This document shows positions 9,749 through 19,400 of a stretch of DNA of 64,000 nt, one piece after another. Within the stretch, counting starts at the first letter, position 1. Every line of letters begins with the position of its first letter. The stretch is taken from the IMG/VR virus record IMGVR_UViG_3300050120_000121, positions 1 to 64,000 of that record. One strand, 5' to 3'. This stretch comes from a virus. A model generated the notes under the pieces. The model made no database searches and was not told the DNA's origin. It saw nothing but the letters and a program-made list of their open reading frames with translations. The translations under genes were made by a program, and so were the position numbers.

Positions 9749-10390
9749 ATGGCTAGCAGTGACGCAAGGAAAGCGAGACGAGCCGCAAAGTTCGGGCATC
9801 CCATTCCTGAAACGACAGAACTGAAAAGAACTGGACAAGCGGTCACTGAAGAAAAGCCAGCGGAATCAGGGAAGTCCCCTGAAATCATACCCGTCGCAGA
9901 GAAATCGCAGGGGGAAGGGGTCCGCAAACGTCTCTCAGACTCTGGTGTACGGATTGGATCAGAGCAGCGGATGTTGGCACGAGCGGTCAACTGGCAGCAA
10001 AAGAACCGCTTTCCGCTGGAACTGGCAGTTGTTGACGAAAAGCTCGTTGAGGCGACAGGAGATCAGCCGCAGATCTATGACGAGATTCTTGTTAATGCGG
10101 TGACTCTGATGCGATCTAACAACTTACGGGCAAAGTCAATTGGCGTTCGAGCCGGGGCACAATTGGCGAAGTTGGTTCAATCTGATGACCATGCCAAGTT
10201 GCGGGCGGAATTGCGTCCTACAGCATTGGCTCCGCAAGTCATCATTGACCAAAGCACGCATAACGACAATCGGCGGGTTGTTTTCACGATTCCGAATAAT
10301 GGACGAGATCCGGCGATCCATGTCGCGTTGCCTGTATCAATGCCACAAGCCGCCGATAATCCGGACATCTTGAATGTCGTTTCTGAATAG
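9749..10390 (+). CDS. Probable terminase small subunit
   Basis: Ends 8 bp upstream of the large subunit; helical core; C-terminal VVFTIPNNGRD strand. Confidence 0.5.
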   Translation: MASSDARKARRAAKFGHPIPETTELKRTGQAVTEEKPAESGKSPEIIPVAEKSQGEGVRKRLSDSGVRIGSEQRMLARAVNWQQKNRFPLELAVVDEKLVEATGDQPQIYDEILVNAVTLMRSNNLRAKSIGVRAGAQLAKLVQSDDHAKLRAELRPTALAPQVIIDQSTHNDNRRVVFTIPNNGRDPAIHVALPVSMPQAADNPDILNVVSE

Positions 10391-10398
10391 GTCTATCA

Positions 10399-11949
10399 AT
10401 GCCGCAAACCGCAGACGGCGTGTCCTATGTTACGTTCCAACCGGGTCCGCAAGAGCAAGCTCTTTCCAGTCCCGCAGACGTGGTTGTCATGGGAGGCGCG
10501 AACGGAGGGGGCAAGTCATATTGGCTTTTGCTAGAAGCTGCTCGCCATATTGATGTGCCGGGATATCGTGGTGTCATCTTCCGCCGCGAATCAACCGACA
10601 TTACGGACCCTGGCGGATTATGGGACACGTCAATGGGTGTCTTTCCGCAGATTGGCGGATGGCCACGAACGAACAAACTCGATTGGGTTTTCGAACCAGA
10701 TGCCCGCGTTTCGTTTCGGGGATTGCCACATTTCAAGGACGCAGTCTCGTGGGACGGGAAGGAACTGGCGTTCATTGGCTTCGACGAAGGCCAGTTATTC
10801 ACGGAGATGCAGTTCTGGTATCTCTTCAGTCGACGACGTTCGACATGCGGTGTAAATCCATGTATCAGAATGAGTTGCAATCCTGTTCATGAAGACGATC
10901 CGACCGGAGGTTGGCTAAAAAAGCTGATTGGCTGGTGGTTGGATTGGGACACGGGATACCCGATTAAAGAGCGATCTGGCGTGATTCGATGGTTTTGCCG
11001 AATCAACAACGAAATCATTTGGGGTGATTCGTCGGAAGAACTGATCCAAAAGTACGGCGACCCGAATCTGGCAAAGGATCACGAGGACCAGCCAGTTCAA
11101 CCGATGTCACTGACGTTTGTTCCGTCGAAACTGAAGGATAATCCGCTCCTAATGAAGGCAACTCCCCAGTATCGGGCGAGCCTCATGGCGTTGCCGGATC
11201 ACTTGCGGAAGCAGAAGCTCGATGGCAACTGGAACGCGAAACTCGAAGCCGGAACATTCTTCAAGATCGGCGTGATGAGCCGTCCAAATATGATCGTCGG
11301 TGAATTGCCGAATGATCTAAGATATTGCCGTGCATGGGATTTGGCTCACACGGAAAACGCAGGTGACTGGACGGTGGGAGCGAAGATTGGCAAGGATTCG
11401 GCCGGGAATCTTTACATCGCCGATATCATTCGAGGCCAGTGGGAAGCGTTCAACCGCGATGAGCGGATGAAAATCGCCACATCTGACGACGGCTACGATT
11501 GTCGCGTCCGCATTCCTCAAGATCCATCGGCGGGAGTCTCAGAAGCGGCGAGAATCCAGAAGACGCTTGGCGGATATATCGTCAGGGCAGTTCCCCCGCG
11601 TGGAAAAAAGGAAGATCGGGCGGGAGGTTTCCAGAGTGCGTTCAATGCCGGGAACGTCAAAATGCTTCGAGCACCGTGGAACCGCGGACTTCTGCAACGG
11701 CTTGACTCGTTTCCCACAAAAGGAATACCTGACGACGAAATAGACGCATTGGCAGACGCTTACGACGAACTGTATCCAACAAACAAGCTCGTGATGGGTT
11801 TCGAAAGTCGTGGCGACAGCGACAAGGACGACGACGAAAAGCCAGTCGATCATCCCTTCAAACCGCTGATCGAACCGCCTGCTGAGTCGGAAGGACCGCC
11901 GAAACCAGCGGAACCGCAGAGTCGACGTCTGATAATGGGCTTTAGCTGA
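10399..11949 (+). CDS. terL: Terminase large subunit
   Basis: Q motif PGPQ, Walker A GGANGGGKS, Walker B FIGFDE, motif III SCNP, nuclease motifs RAWDLA and DDEIDALADA. Confidence 0.95.
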   Translation: MPQTADGVSYVTFQPGPQEQALSSPADVVVMGGANGGGKSYWLLLEAARHIDVPGYRGVIFRRESTDITDPGGLWDTSMGVFPQIGGWPRTNKLDWVFEPDARVSFRGLPHFKDAVSWDGKELAFIGFDEGQLFTEMQFWYLFSRRRSTCGVNPCIRMSCNPVHEDDPTGGWLKKLIGWWLDWDTGYPIKERSGVIRWFCRINNEIIWGDSSEELIQKYGDPNLAKDHEDQPVQPMSLTFVPSKLKDNPLLMKATPQYRASLMALPDHLRKQKLDGNWNAKLEAGTFFKIGVMSRPNMIVGELPNDLRYCRAWDLAHTENAGDWTVGAKIGKDSAGNLYIADIIRGQWEAFNRDERMKIATSDDGYDCRVRIPQDPSAGVSEAARIQKTLGGYIVRAVPPRGKKEDRAGGFQSAFNAGNVKMLRAPWNRGLLQRLDSFPTKGIPDDEIDALADAYDELYPTNKLVMGFESRGDSDKDDDEKPVDHPFKPLIEPPAESEGPPKPAEPQSRRLIMGFS

Positions 11950-12047
11950 AATCGCGTTTCGTGCGTGAAAAGACGGTTGATTTCTGCGTAAACGGATGTT
12001 ACACGTATGGTAAGTCCGCACCGTATGAAACTCAGTTTGGCGAAACG

Positions 12048-12341
12048 ATGTCACTTCCGAAGCTCACTCATCTGCAATTTCAGACGCTGAAGGTTGTGTC
12101 GATCAGCGAAATCAGCGGAAGTAAACTTCGCGAATATCTCACAATCCTGAAGATCCGGCAGAAGTCGGCTGCGTTCTACCTGTTAATGCAACGGCTGAAA
12201 CTGGCGAATCTGATTGCCGAGCGGAAGGAATGCCGGATATCTGGCAAAACCACGATCCGCGAGAGTTTCTATTCCATTACCAAACTTGGCCGATCTGAGG
12301 TACAGAAGTCGGTGGAGTTCTATTCGAAGGGCGAGAAGTGA
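12048..12341 (+). CDS. PadR-like winged-helix regulator
   Basis: AAFYLLMQRLKLANLI...YSITKLGR. Confidence 0.65.
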   Translation: MSLPKLTHLQFQTLKVVSISEISGSKLREYLTILKIRQKSAAFYLLMQRLKLANLIAERKECRISGKTTIRESFYSITKLGRSEVQKSVEFYSKGEK

Positions 12342-12703
12342 GTCGCAAAAAGAAACTTCCGATCGAATTGGAGGTTCAGGACACGACATCCGTGACCTCT
12401 ACAGACGGGCGAGGCGTCATCGGATGGATTGTGAAGCGAAACTGGAACAAACATTGGTCGTTTAATTTCAATCATAAGTTCGACTTTGATTTGTCTGCGG
12501 ACGAACTGCGGTTACTGGCGGACGAAGATCGGCGAAAGCAGGCAGAAGCCGCATTGCTTGATCTGTGGCGAGCAATCGGGATGCATGAATGGCGATTCGT
12601 ACTTCCGGGTGATGCGGAACGAAAGCCGGTTCAAAACGAAGTCTTGCAATGCCTCAGTCGGATTCTGATCGGCAAGGAAACGTGCGGGGAAGTCAAATGC
12701 TGA
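12338..12703 (+). CDS. Hypothetical protein
   Basis: GTGA overlap with the upstream gene. Confidence 0.55.
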   Translation: MSRKKKLPIELEVQDTTSVTSTDGRGVIGWIVKRNWNKHWSFNFNHKFDFDLSADELRLLADEDRRKQAEAALLDLWRAIGMHEWRFVLPGDAERKPVQNEVLQCLSRILIGKETCGEVKC

Positions 12704-13185
12704 CATACGTCACTCAGCAGCAGATCGACGATTGTGTCATTCAACCAAACTTCGTCGAGAACTATATCGGCAAGAAATTGTGTCAACGACTTGGAGAACA
12801 GACAATGGCATCTATGCAAAACGTGACGGTCAAGGTGAATCTCGAAAGCGACAGGCCGGCGGCAGATCCCAACGAACGCGACCCAAGCCGCGAACGAAAA
12901 CTGGCAATCGAACGCATTATGAACCGCTGGCGTGCGATGACAATCAGCGTTGATGAAGCCGAAAGCGAATTGGCGACTCTATTCGGTCGCAAGATTGGAG
13001 AAATGGACATTGAGATTGGGCAACTGGAAATCAAGAACAAAGGATTGTCACCGTTCTGCGATGTCATGAAATTGAACGGGGCGGACATCAATCAATCGGT
13101 TCGCAAATTGACGCTCACGATCCAAGCGGGACACAAGCCGATTGTCGTCACAGAGCATTACTGTTTACCCAAGGAAGTCGCATGA
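12697..13185 (+). CDS. Hypothetical protein
   Basis: Part of the overlapping ORF chain. Confidence 0.55.
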   Translation: MLTYVTQQQIDDCVIQPNFVENYIGKKLCQRLGEQTMASMQNVTVKVNLESDRPAADPNERDPSRERKLAIERIMNRWRAMTISVDEAESELATLFGRKIGEMDIEIGQLEIKNKGLSPFCDVMKLNGADINQSVRKLTLTIQAGHKPIVVTEHYCLPKEVA

Positions 13186-13556
13186 ATCTCACCCGTCGCT
13201 CATTCTTCGGTCTATTGGTGATTCTGTGCGGATGCAAGACGGCTCCGAAGAATCCGAAACGATATGCCGAAGTCGAAGCGGATGCGGGCCACGTGACGTA
13301 TATTCACGGCATCGGCAAACGAATTACCCTCACGCGAAATAGTCCATCTTGGGGACGTTTGATTGTTGCGATGTCCCCCGTGGCCGCGGATCAGAAAGAC
13401 GAAGTTCAACCGAAATGGATCGGGCATAATCGCTATCTTGTTCCGGTCGAGTGGATTGAGCGTGCGAACGACGGAATCAGAATTCCGTTCTACGAATTGT
13501 CGTCATCGCGGATGCCAGCCGAGAAAGAGCGATTGAGAAAACGCCGAATCTCTTGA
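13182..13556 (+). CDS. Possible Tat-type lipoprotein
   Basis: LTRRSFF twin-arginine motif and LCGC lipobox-like motif. Confidence 0.45.
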   Translation: MNLTRRSFFGLLVILCGCKTAPKNPKRYAEVEADAGHVTYIHGIGKRITLTRNSPSWGRLIVAMSPVAADQKDEVQPKWIGHNRYLVPVEWIERANDGIRIPFYELSSSRMPAEKERLRKRRIS

Positions 13557-13625
13557 ACCAATCTCATGCCATATGCGTTACTCGGTTCTGAGGCGGAAAC
13601 AAGACTCATCGAAAGGAACCAGCGA

Positions 13626-14597
13626 ATGAGCGACACAGATTTGTTTGACATTGTGCGAGAACTGATGAAACGGGTCGATCACCTGCAAGAGGAATCAGAC
13701 GACAGAAATCGCAGATCGCGTGAGGCCGTGACGGCAATTCATGCAAAATCACTCGCCATGTATCTGGAAGTCCGCAGTTGGCAGAGTGCGAAGGCATGGA
13801 ACGGGAAACTTCCGCAAGCCGTGATTGACGAGTGGAAACGCGAATGGGAAGCGTTTGGCAAGCCAGAACCAACGGAAGAACAAAAGGAAGCCATTCGGGA
13901 CGTGATTCGGAATAAAAGCCCGATGGAAGTCACGCCGCTGGACATTATCAATGCGGCGAAACAATCCGCTCCCATCTTCGAAGTCGGTGATCTGGTGGAA
14001 TGCACATGCGACGTGATTCATAAATCGTTCGGCATTGCGGCAGGAGATCAACATCACGTTCAAAAGACTGGCGAGCGACAGGTGTTTGTCAACGATCACG
14101 GACCGTTCGATGCCTCTCGCTTCAAGCTCATCGAGAAGGCGAAGAAACCAGAGCCGAAGATTGCCGTTGGCGACAGCGTTCAATGCGATGAAGACTGCGT
14201 TGAACAAAATGACGGCGTAATCGTTGTCCATTGTGGGGACGTACGGACGGTCGAATTTGTCGATGGCGGTTTCGTTCAATTGAAACACACATCCGGGAAA
14301 TGGTTGGCGAGTCATTTCACAAAAGTAGATAAACTCGAAAGTTTTGCGGGAAAGACGTCGGACGATTCCGATCTGATCACGGCGAAATGGCTGTTGCGAA
14401 TCGGTTTCGTCCGTTGCGGTGAAAAGGAATTCCGGTCTCCCAATCCAGCAGGCGACAATGCTCTCCCCTTGCGAATCGAAAGTTTTTGGGAAGGGGAATG
14501 GACCATCAAAGGGTTTGAGCTGGATTATCTCCGAACCCGTCGTGACATTCGCCTATTCGCAGAACTGATGAGAATTGAGCTGAAGGAATCAAAATGA
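13626..14597 (+). CDS. Hypothetical protein with two SH3-like repeats
   Basis: FEVGDLVEC...ASRFK and IAVGDSVQC...ASHFT; AAGGA upstream. Confidence 0.6.
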   Translation: MSDTDLFDIVRELMKRVDHLQEESDDRNRRSREAVTAIHAKSLAMYLEVRSWQSAKAWNGKLPQAVIDEWKREWEAFGKPEPTEEQKEAIRDVIRNKSPMEVTPLDIINAAKQSAPIFEVGDLVECTCDVIHKSFGIAAGDQHHVQKTGERQVFVNDHGPFDASRFKLIEKAKKPEPKIAVGDSVQCDEDCVEQNDGVIVVHCGDVRTVEFVDGGFVQLKHTSGKWLASHFTKVDKLESFAGKTSDDSDLITAKWLLRIGFVRCGEKEFRSPNPAGDNALPLRIESFWEGEWTIKGFELDYLRTRRDIRLFAELMRIELKESK

Positions 14598-14854
14598 CAG
14601 ACCACGCCGACATTCCCATTCCAGCAGTGAGCGTCGTGAACGGAACGAAGGATTCAGTGGTGTTCATTAAAATCGACCCCAAATATGCCGAAGTCTCGTC
14701 TGATGAGATGCGAACCGTAAGCGAACGGATTAAGACTCAACTTGTCGGATCGTGCATGGAAGGTGCGAAAGTCATCGTCACTTGCGGAATTGACATCGAA
14801 ATCGCAATGCCAGAAGAGTCTGCGAAACTCCACAACGAAGGATTGAACACATGA
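14594..14854 (+). CDS. Hypothetical protein
   Basis: ATGA overlap and RBS. Confidence 0.55.
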   Translation: MTDHADIPIPAVSVVNGTKDSVVFIKIDPKYAEVSSDEMRTVSERIKTQLVGSCMEGAKVIVTCGIDIEIAMPEESAKLHNEGLNT

Positions 14855-15060
14855 AACCCGGTCAGAAAATGGCGATGTATGGCCATCAAGCAGCGAGAAC
14901 AGCAGCGACGGCGGATCGATTGAAACAGGAGCCGACAGTTGACCGGAAGCCGTCAGCGAAAACTTGCCTTGAATGTGGTAAGACTCATGGCGTTCCTCGC
15001 TCGTTTTGCAGTGCGGAATGTTGTGCGAAGTTCAAGGCGAAAAAGAAAGCAGCGAAATGA
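14851..15060 (+). CDS. Small zinc-finger protein
   Basis: CLECG...FCSAEC. Confidence 0.6.
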   Translation: MKPGQKMAMYGHQAARTAATADRLKQEPTVDRKPSAKTCLECGKTHGVPRSFCSAECCAKFKAKKKAAK

Positions 15061-15281
15061 CCGTAAAAGAACTTCGTGACTTCCTTGCCGACAAACCAGA
15101 TGATTTAATCATCGTCATGTCATGCGACGCGGAAGGGAACGGGTATAGCCCGTTGCGGATTGCCGACTCCACAAATTACGTTCCGGACACGGCCTATTTT
15201 GGCGAGATTTATGACGATCCAATCGAAGCGGAAGGTCAAGGCGAAGTGTGTCCGTGCATCGGGTTGTGGCCGACAAACTGA
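15057..15281 (+). CDS. Hypothetical phage protein
   Basis: MTVKELRDFL...DAEGNGYSP. Confidence 0.6.
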   Translation: MTVKELRDFLADKPDDLIIVMSCDAEGNGYSPLRIADSTNYVPDTAYFGEIYDDPIEAEGQGEVCPCIGLWPTN

Positions 15282-15290
15282 GGAACCCGA

Positions 15291-15509
15291 ATGAGCATCT
15301 ACGAATTTGACTTGTACATATCAGACGTGAAAACACTGACTCCACAAGTTCTGATGCAGATCGCGGAAGAAACCGACTGTGGTCCGATTGTCGGAATGGT
15401 CAACGGCAGATGTATTGCGTCGTTCTGTCGCGAAGCCAAATCACGTCATGACGCTGTCGCACTCGCGATTCATCAAGTGGCCAAAGCGGGGTACATTTCG
15501 TTATCTTGA
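15291..15509 (+). CDS. Small protein resembling the N-terminal domain of HicB-like/HTH antitoxins
   Basis: YEFDL...FCREAKSRHDAVALAIHQVAKAG; GAGGA RBS. Confidence 0.45.
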   Translation: MSIYEFDLYISDVKTLTPQVLMQIAEETDCGPIVGMVNGRCIASFCREAKSRHDAVALAIHQVAKAGYISLS

Positions 15510-15533
15510 AGATGTGAAGCCGGAAAGGGACTA

Positions 15534-15800
15534 ATGAGTGAACCGATTGACGGAACCGGACTGACGAAGATCACCTACGAATTCGACGCAGGGAAAAAGA
15601 TCATATTCCATCACGACCATGGCGAGTTGTGGCACCATTCAGTTGAATGGATCGGAGAGGATTCACAGATCCATCGTGTCGGAATCGGTCAAGCTGCCGG
15701 TGATATTTTCTTCGGTGCCGTCTGGGCGACATATCAGATGTATTTCTCTCACGGCAGATTGCCCGTGTTCGACGATTGTGAAGACGATTCGGAATCATGA
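15534..15800 (+). CDS. Hypothetical protein
   Basis: RBS aaaggga. Confidence 0.55.
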   Translation: MSEPIDGTGLTKITYEFDAGKKIIFHHDHGELWHHSVEWIGEDSQIHRVGIGQAAGDIFFGAVWATYQMYFSHGRLPVFDDCEDDSES

Positions 15801-15812
15801 TCTTGGCGAAGC

Positions 15813-16355
15813 TTGGATTGGATGATTGAAATGAGCCGCTACAAAGAATTGAAAAAGATCGAATGCATTGCGTTTGTTCGTCGGCAGATTCCAGACGCGA
15901 CGGACCGGCAGATTATGGGGATTCTGTACATCGCAGATCGAGCCGCACTCGGAGGACATGGATGTCCAATCACGTTTGACGGCTATTTTGCCGACAATGA
16001 TGGCGTGATTCTTTTCGACATTCAAAGTCTTCTGGTGAATTTGCAAGTCGACCCGTTCATTGAGCATCCCGAAGGATGGAACGCGTCGGAATACGAACAA
16101 GGATTGATGCAACTCGCCTGCAAATCGGCGATCAGAGATGCAAGTTTTGTCGAATCTCAATTGAAATCCTACGGCGAATTGGCGACTGTTCGAAATGTTC
16201 AAGTTTCTGACGGAATCATCAATTTGACGCAGATTTCATACGCTGAGAGCCTGAAAGAACTCGGGTTCTCTGAAAGTGAATCCGCTCACGTAGTTGAAGA
16301 ATTGACGCATCACAAGATGGTCATTGAAATGCATTCGAGTGAGGGGCAACGCTGA
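15813..16355 (+). CDS. Divergent Panacea/SocA-like (DUF4065) antitoxin-domain protein
   Basis: ILYIADRAALGGHGCPITFDGYFA resembles the family pattern KLLYxAD...GxPI...YxA; start uncertain. Confidence 0.5.
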   Translation: MDWMIEMSRYKELKKIECIAFVRRQIPDATDRQIMGILYIADRAALGGHGCPITFDGYFADNDGVILFDIQSLLVNLQVDPFIEHPEGWNASEYEQGLMQLACKSAIRDASFVESQLKSYGELATVRNVQVSDGIINLTQISYAESLKELGFSESESAHVVEELTHHKMVIEMHSSEGQR

Positions 16356-16435
16356 CTCCGATTCCATTGTCAAGCCGATTTCGCTATTTTCGTGTCACGA
16401 CGGAACTTCCGCACACGAACATGGACGTTTGACAC

Positions 16436-19400
16436 ATGGGAATCTTCAATAGCTGGTTCAAAGGCTCGCAAGCCAAGCCGATCATGCCGCTTCCCGCGGA
16501 ACTGCCCGCGATGAAGTCGCTGAACATGGCGTCGGCAATTCGGCCAGCCCTAGCCGGCGCTTTCCCAGGCGCGATGTGGATTTCTGACCACAGAACGGAA
16601 GCCGAGCAGAATACCGGCTGGAACCACATTGCCATCAACGCGATCTGCCAGCAATTGGCATCTGCGACCGTGACGGCATATGAAGACGGTTCGAATCAAG
16701 TTCGCAACCAATCCCGTCGCAAATCTCTGCGGAATCTCTACGGGACGATTTCAAACTACAAAGCCCAATACGGACAGGACGACGATGAAACACGACCGTT
16801 GGACAACGCTCACGCCTTGATGAAGCTGCTGCAAAAGCCGAATCCGTTTGAACCTGGTTCGATGTTTCGCTATCGGCAGGCACAACAGTTGAGACTTACT
16901 GGCACAAACTTAGTGTGGAATGTTCCAAGTCTTTTGAAGACTCCAGAGTCGCCGCAAGGCCTTCCATGTCAAAGGTATGTGGTTCCAATTGCGATGACGA
17001 CAGCGATTCTGCCATCAGAGGAAATGCCGTACGGTGGATATCGCATTATCCCGAACACGTCACGTCAATTCCTACTCGACAAGGACGGGTATCAACCGGG
17101 ATCACCGATCTGGTCATTTCTGATGGGCGTGATTATTGATGCACGGCACATTCAGAAGATTGGCTACCCTCACGGCTGGCGGTTAGATGACTTTTGGTCG
17201 CCAGTATCGGCAGGATCGAAATGGATTGACGGTGCGAACGCCGTTGATTCGTCGCGGTTCGCTCAGATGAAAAACGGTGCCGATCCATCCGTTCAAGTCG
17301 AACTTAGTCCTGGAATTAATCCGACTCAGGACGAAATGGATCGCGTCAGTGCGAAAGCGTCGAAAAAGTACGGTGGACCTGATAACGCGGGCTCGATTTG
17401 GTTCACGGAAAATGGGACTGTGATTCATCCACTTTCAACGTCTCCCAAGGACATGAACTACAAGGAAGGCTTCCAAGACTTCAAGGAAGCGATTCTAGCC
17501 TTGCACAGCACGCCTCCAACGGCTTGCGGAATCATTGACGTGGGCACAACGGCCGGCTGGCTGGCGTCGATGCGAGGCTGGTCACATGCGGCGATTAAAC
17601 CGATGTGCAGACTCTTGGCAGATTCAGACACGCATCACCTCGCCCCACAATTCGGAGAGGGGATTACGGTCGAGATTGAACCGGAAGAAATCAACGATGA
17701 GGTGGAACGGAACGCACGTTGCCAAGTCGCGATTTCAGCGAAGTCGATTTCCAAGAACACGCTGAATGCAACTCTCGGATTCAAGCTCTTGGAAGGATCA
17801 GAAGGCGACAAGTTAGCCGGTCCAGACGCTCCACAACCGGGACAAGGCGGAAATCCGACTGCGAAACCCGAATCAGGCTCATTGACTGATTTGCCAAGCC
17901 CAAGCGATCCGGGCGACGCATACTCAGGGAATGCCCGTGGCGAAACTACAAAATCACTTCAGGCAGTTCGCGACGGCATGCGGGAGGCGGACGACGAATA
18001 TATCGCGGAAGTCGTTGAGCGAGCCGTAGCGGCGAAACTGAAGTCGATGGGCGAACCATCTGCGGCACAAAGGGAAGCGGGAAACTACAAAAAGACACAT
18101 ATCACGATTCAAGGCTTGCGAATCAGCATCGAGAATCCAAAAGGGTCAATCCGCAGCGGAACGAGCCGACAGGGGCAATCATGGTCAATCGAAATGGCCA
18201 ACGACTACGGATACATCAAGGGAACCGAATCGGGGGCGGATGGCGATCATATCGACGTGTTCATTGGCCCCAATCCCGAATCAGAACTGGTGTTTATTGT
18301 CGATCAGGTGAATCCAGACTCAGGTGACTTTGACGAGCACAAGGTGATTCTCGGAAGTGATTCGAAAGCCGAAGCCAAACAAATCTACTTCGCGAACTAT
18401 TCGAAGGGATGGAAGGGATTTGGCGACATCACGCCGATGCACATTGACGACTTTAAGGAATGGCTGAAGGCGGAAGATTCTTCGAAGCCAGTTGGCGATA
18501 TTGAACCGCGAAAATCTGGTGAAAGTCGATTCATCACGTTTGACGATTTGAAACAGTTCGGCAAATCTCTCGGCATGTCCACCAGCAATGGCAGTGACGG
18601 AGGATTCACGGTTCCAGAGGAGTCACAATCGGCAATCAAGGATCGGCAGGAAATCGCAGACGGTCAAGGTTACGGAAAGTGTCCAATGTGCGGTGCGGAA
18701 GCTGTCAGCCGAAATCGCGGTATGGGCACAAACCAAAACGACACTTGCCGAAATGGACACGTCTATTTATCGGACATGACGATTGTGAACCAACCGAAAG
18801 AATCGGCAGAAGTTCCAATTGTGGAACAAAGCGTCGAACCCGCAAAACCAGCGAAGAAATCCGTCAAACGTCGGAAGCCTGTTTTGAAGCATGACGTCTC
18901 AGGCGAAAACCGAGATCACGGCAAGTTTGCGGTCACAGCAGGAAGCGGAAAGAAACCGAACGAAAATCACTTGCGAATTGAAAGCGGACACGTCGTACCG
19001 GAGAATACTCACGTTGATGTCGCGGGAACCACATACCATCCGGGAGAATTCATTCATTCGCATCAAGTGTCGTCTCTGACTCCGGAAGAACGGTCGAAGA
19101 ATACGGAATCACTCGGCGGGAAAAAGATGGAGAGAATCTATCGAAATGCCGATACGGGAGAAGGATTATCTTCAGAACATGAGGCAGAAGTTCGCGGATT
19201 AAAGATCCGACCAGACCTGAAAAACGTTACTCTGATGAAGAACGATCATGGGGAATTGAAGGGATATGGGACAGATTCGAAAGGTCGTCGCCAGCCAATT
19301 TATCCAGCAGCACACACGGAGCGAGCAAAGGCAGCGAAGTTCGAACGTCTCAAGGAATTCCAGTCATCTATCGGGAAGATTCGTGAGCGACTGGCCAGCG

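Noticed and set aside
11785-11949. Duplicated L(V/I)MGF motif flanking the acidic Pro-rich terminase tail
   Set aside because: Only five residues; cannot be told from chance without homologues
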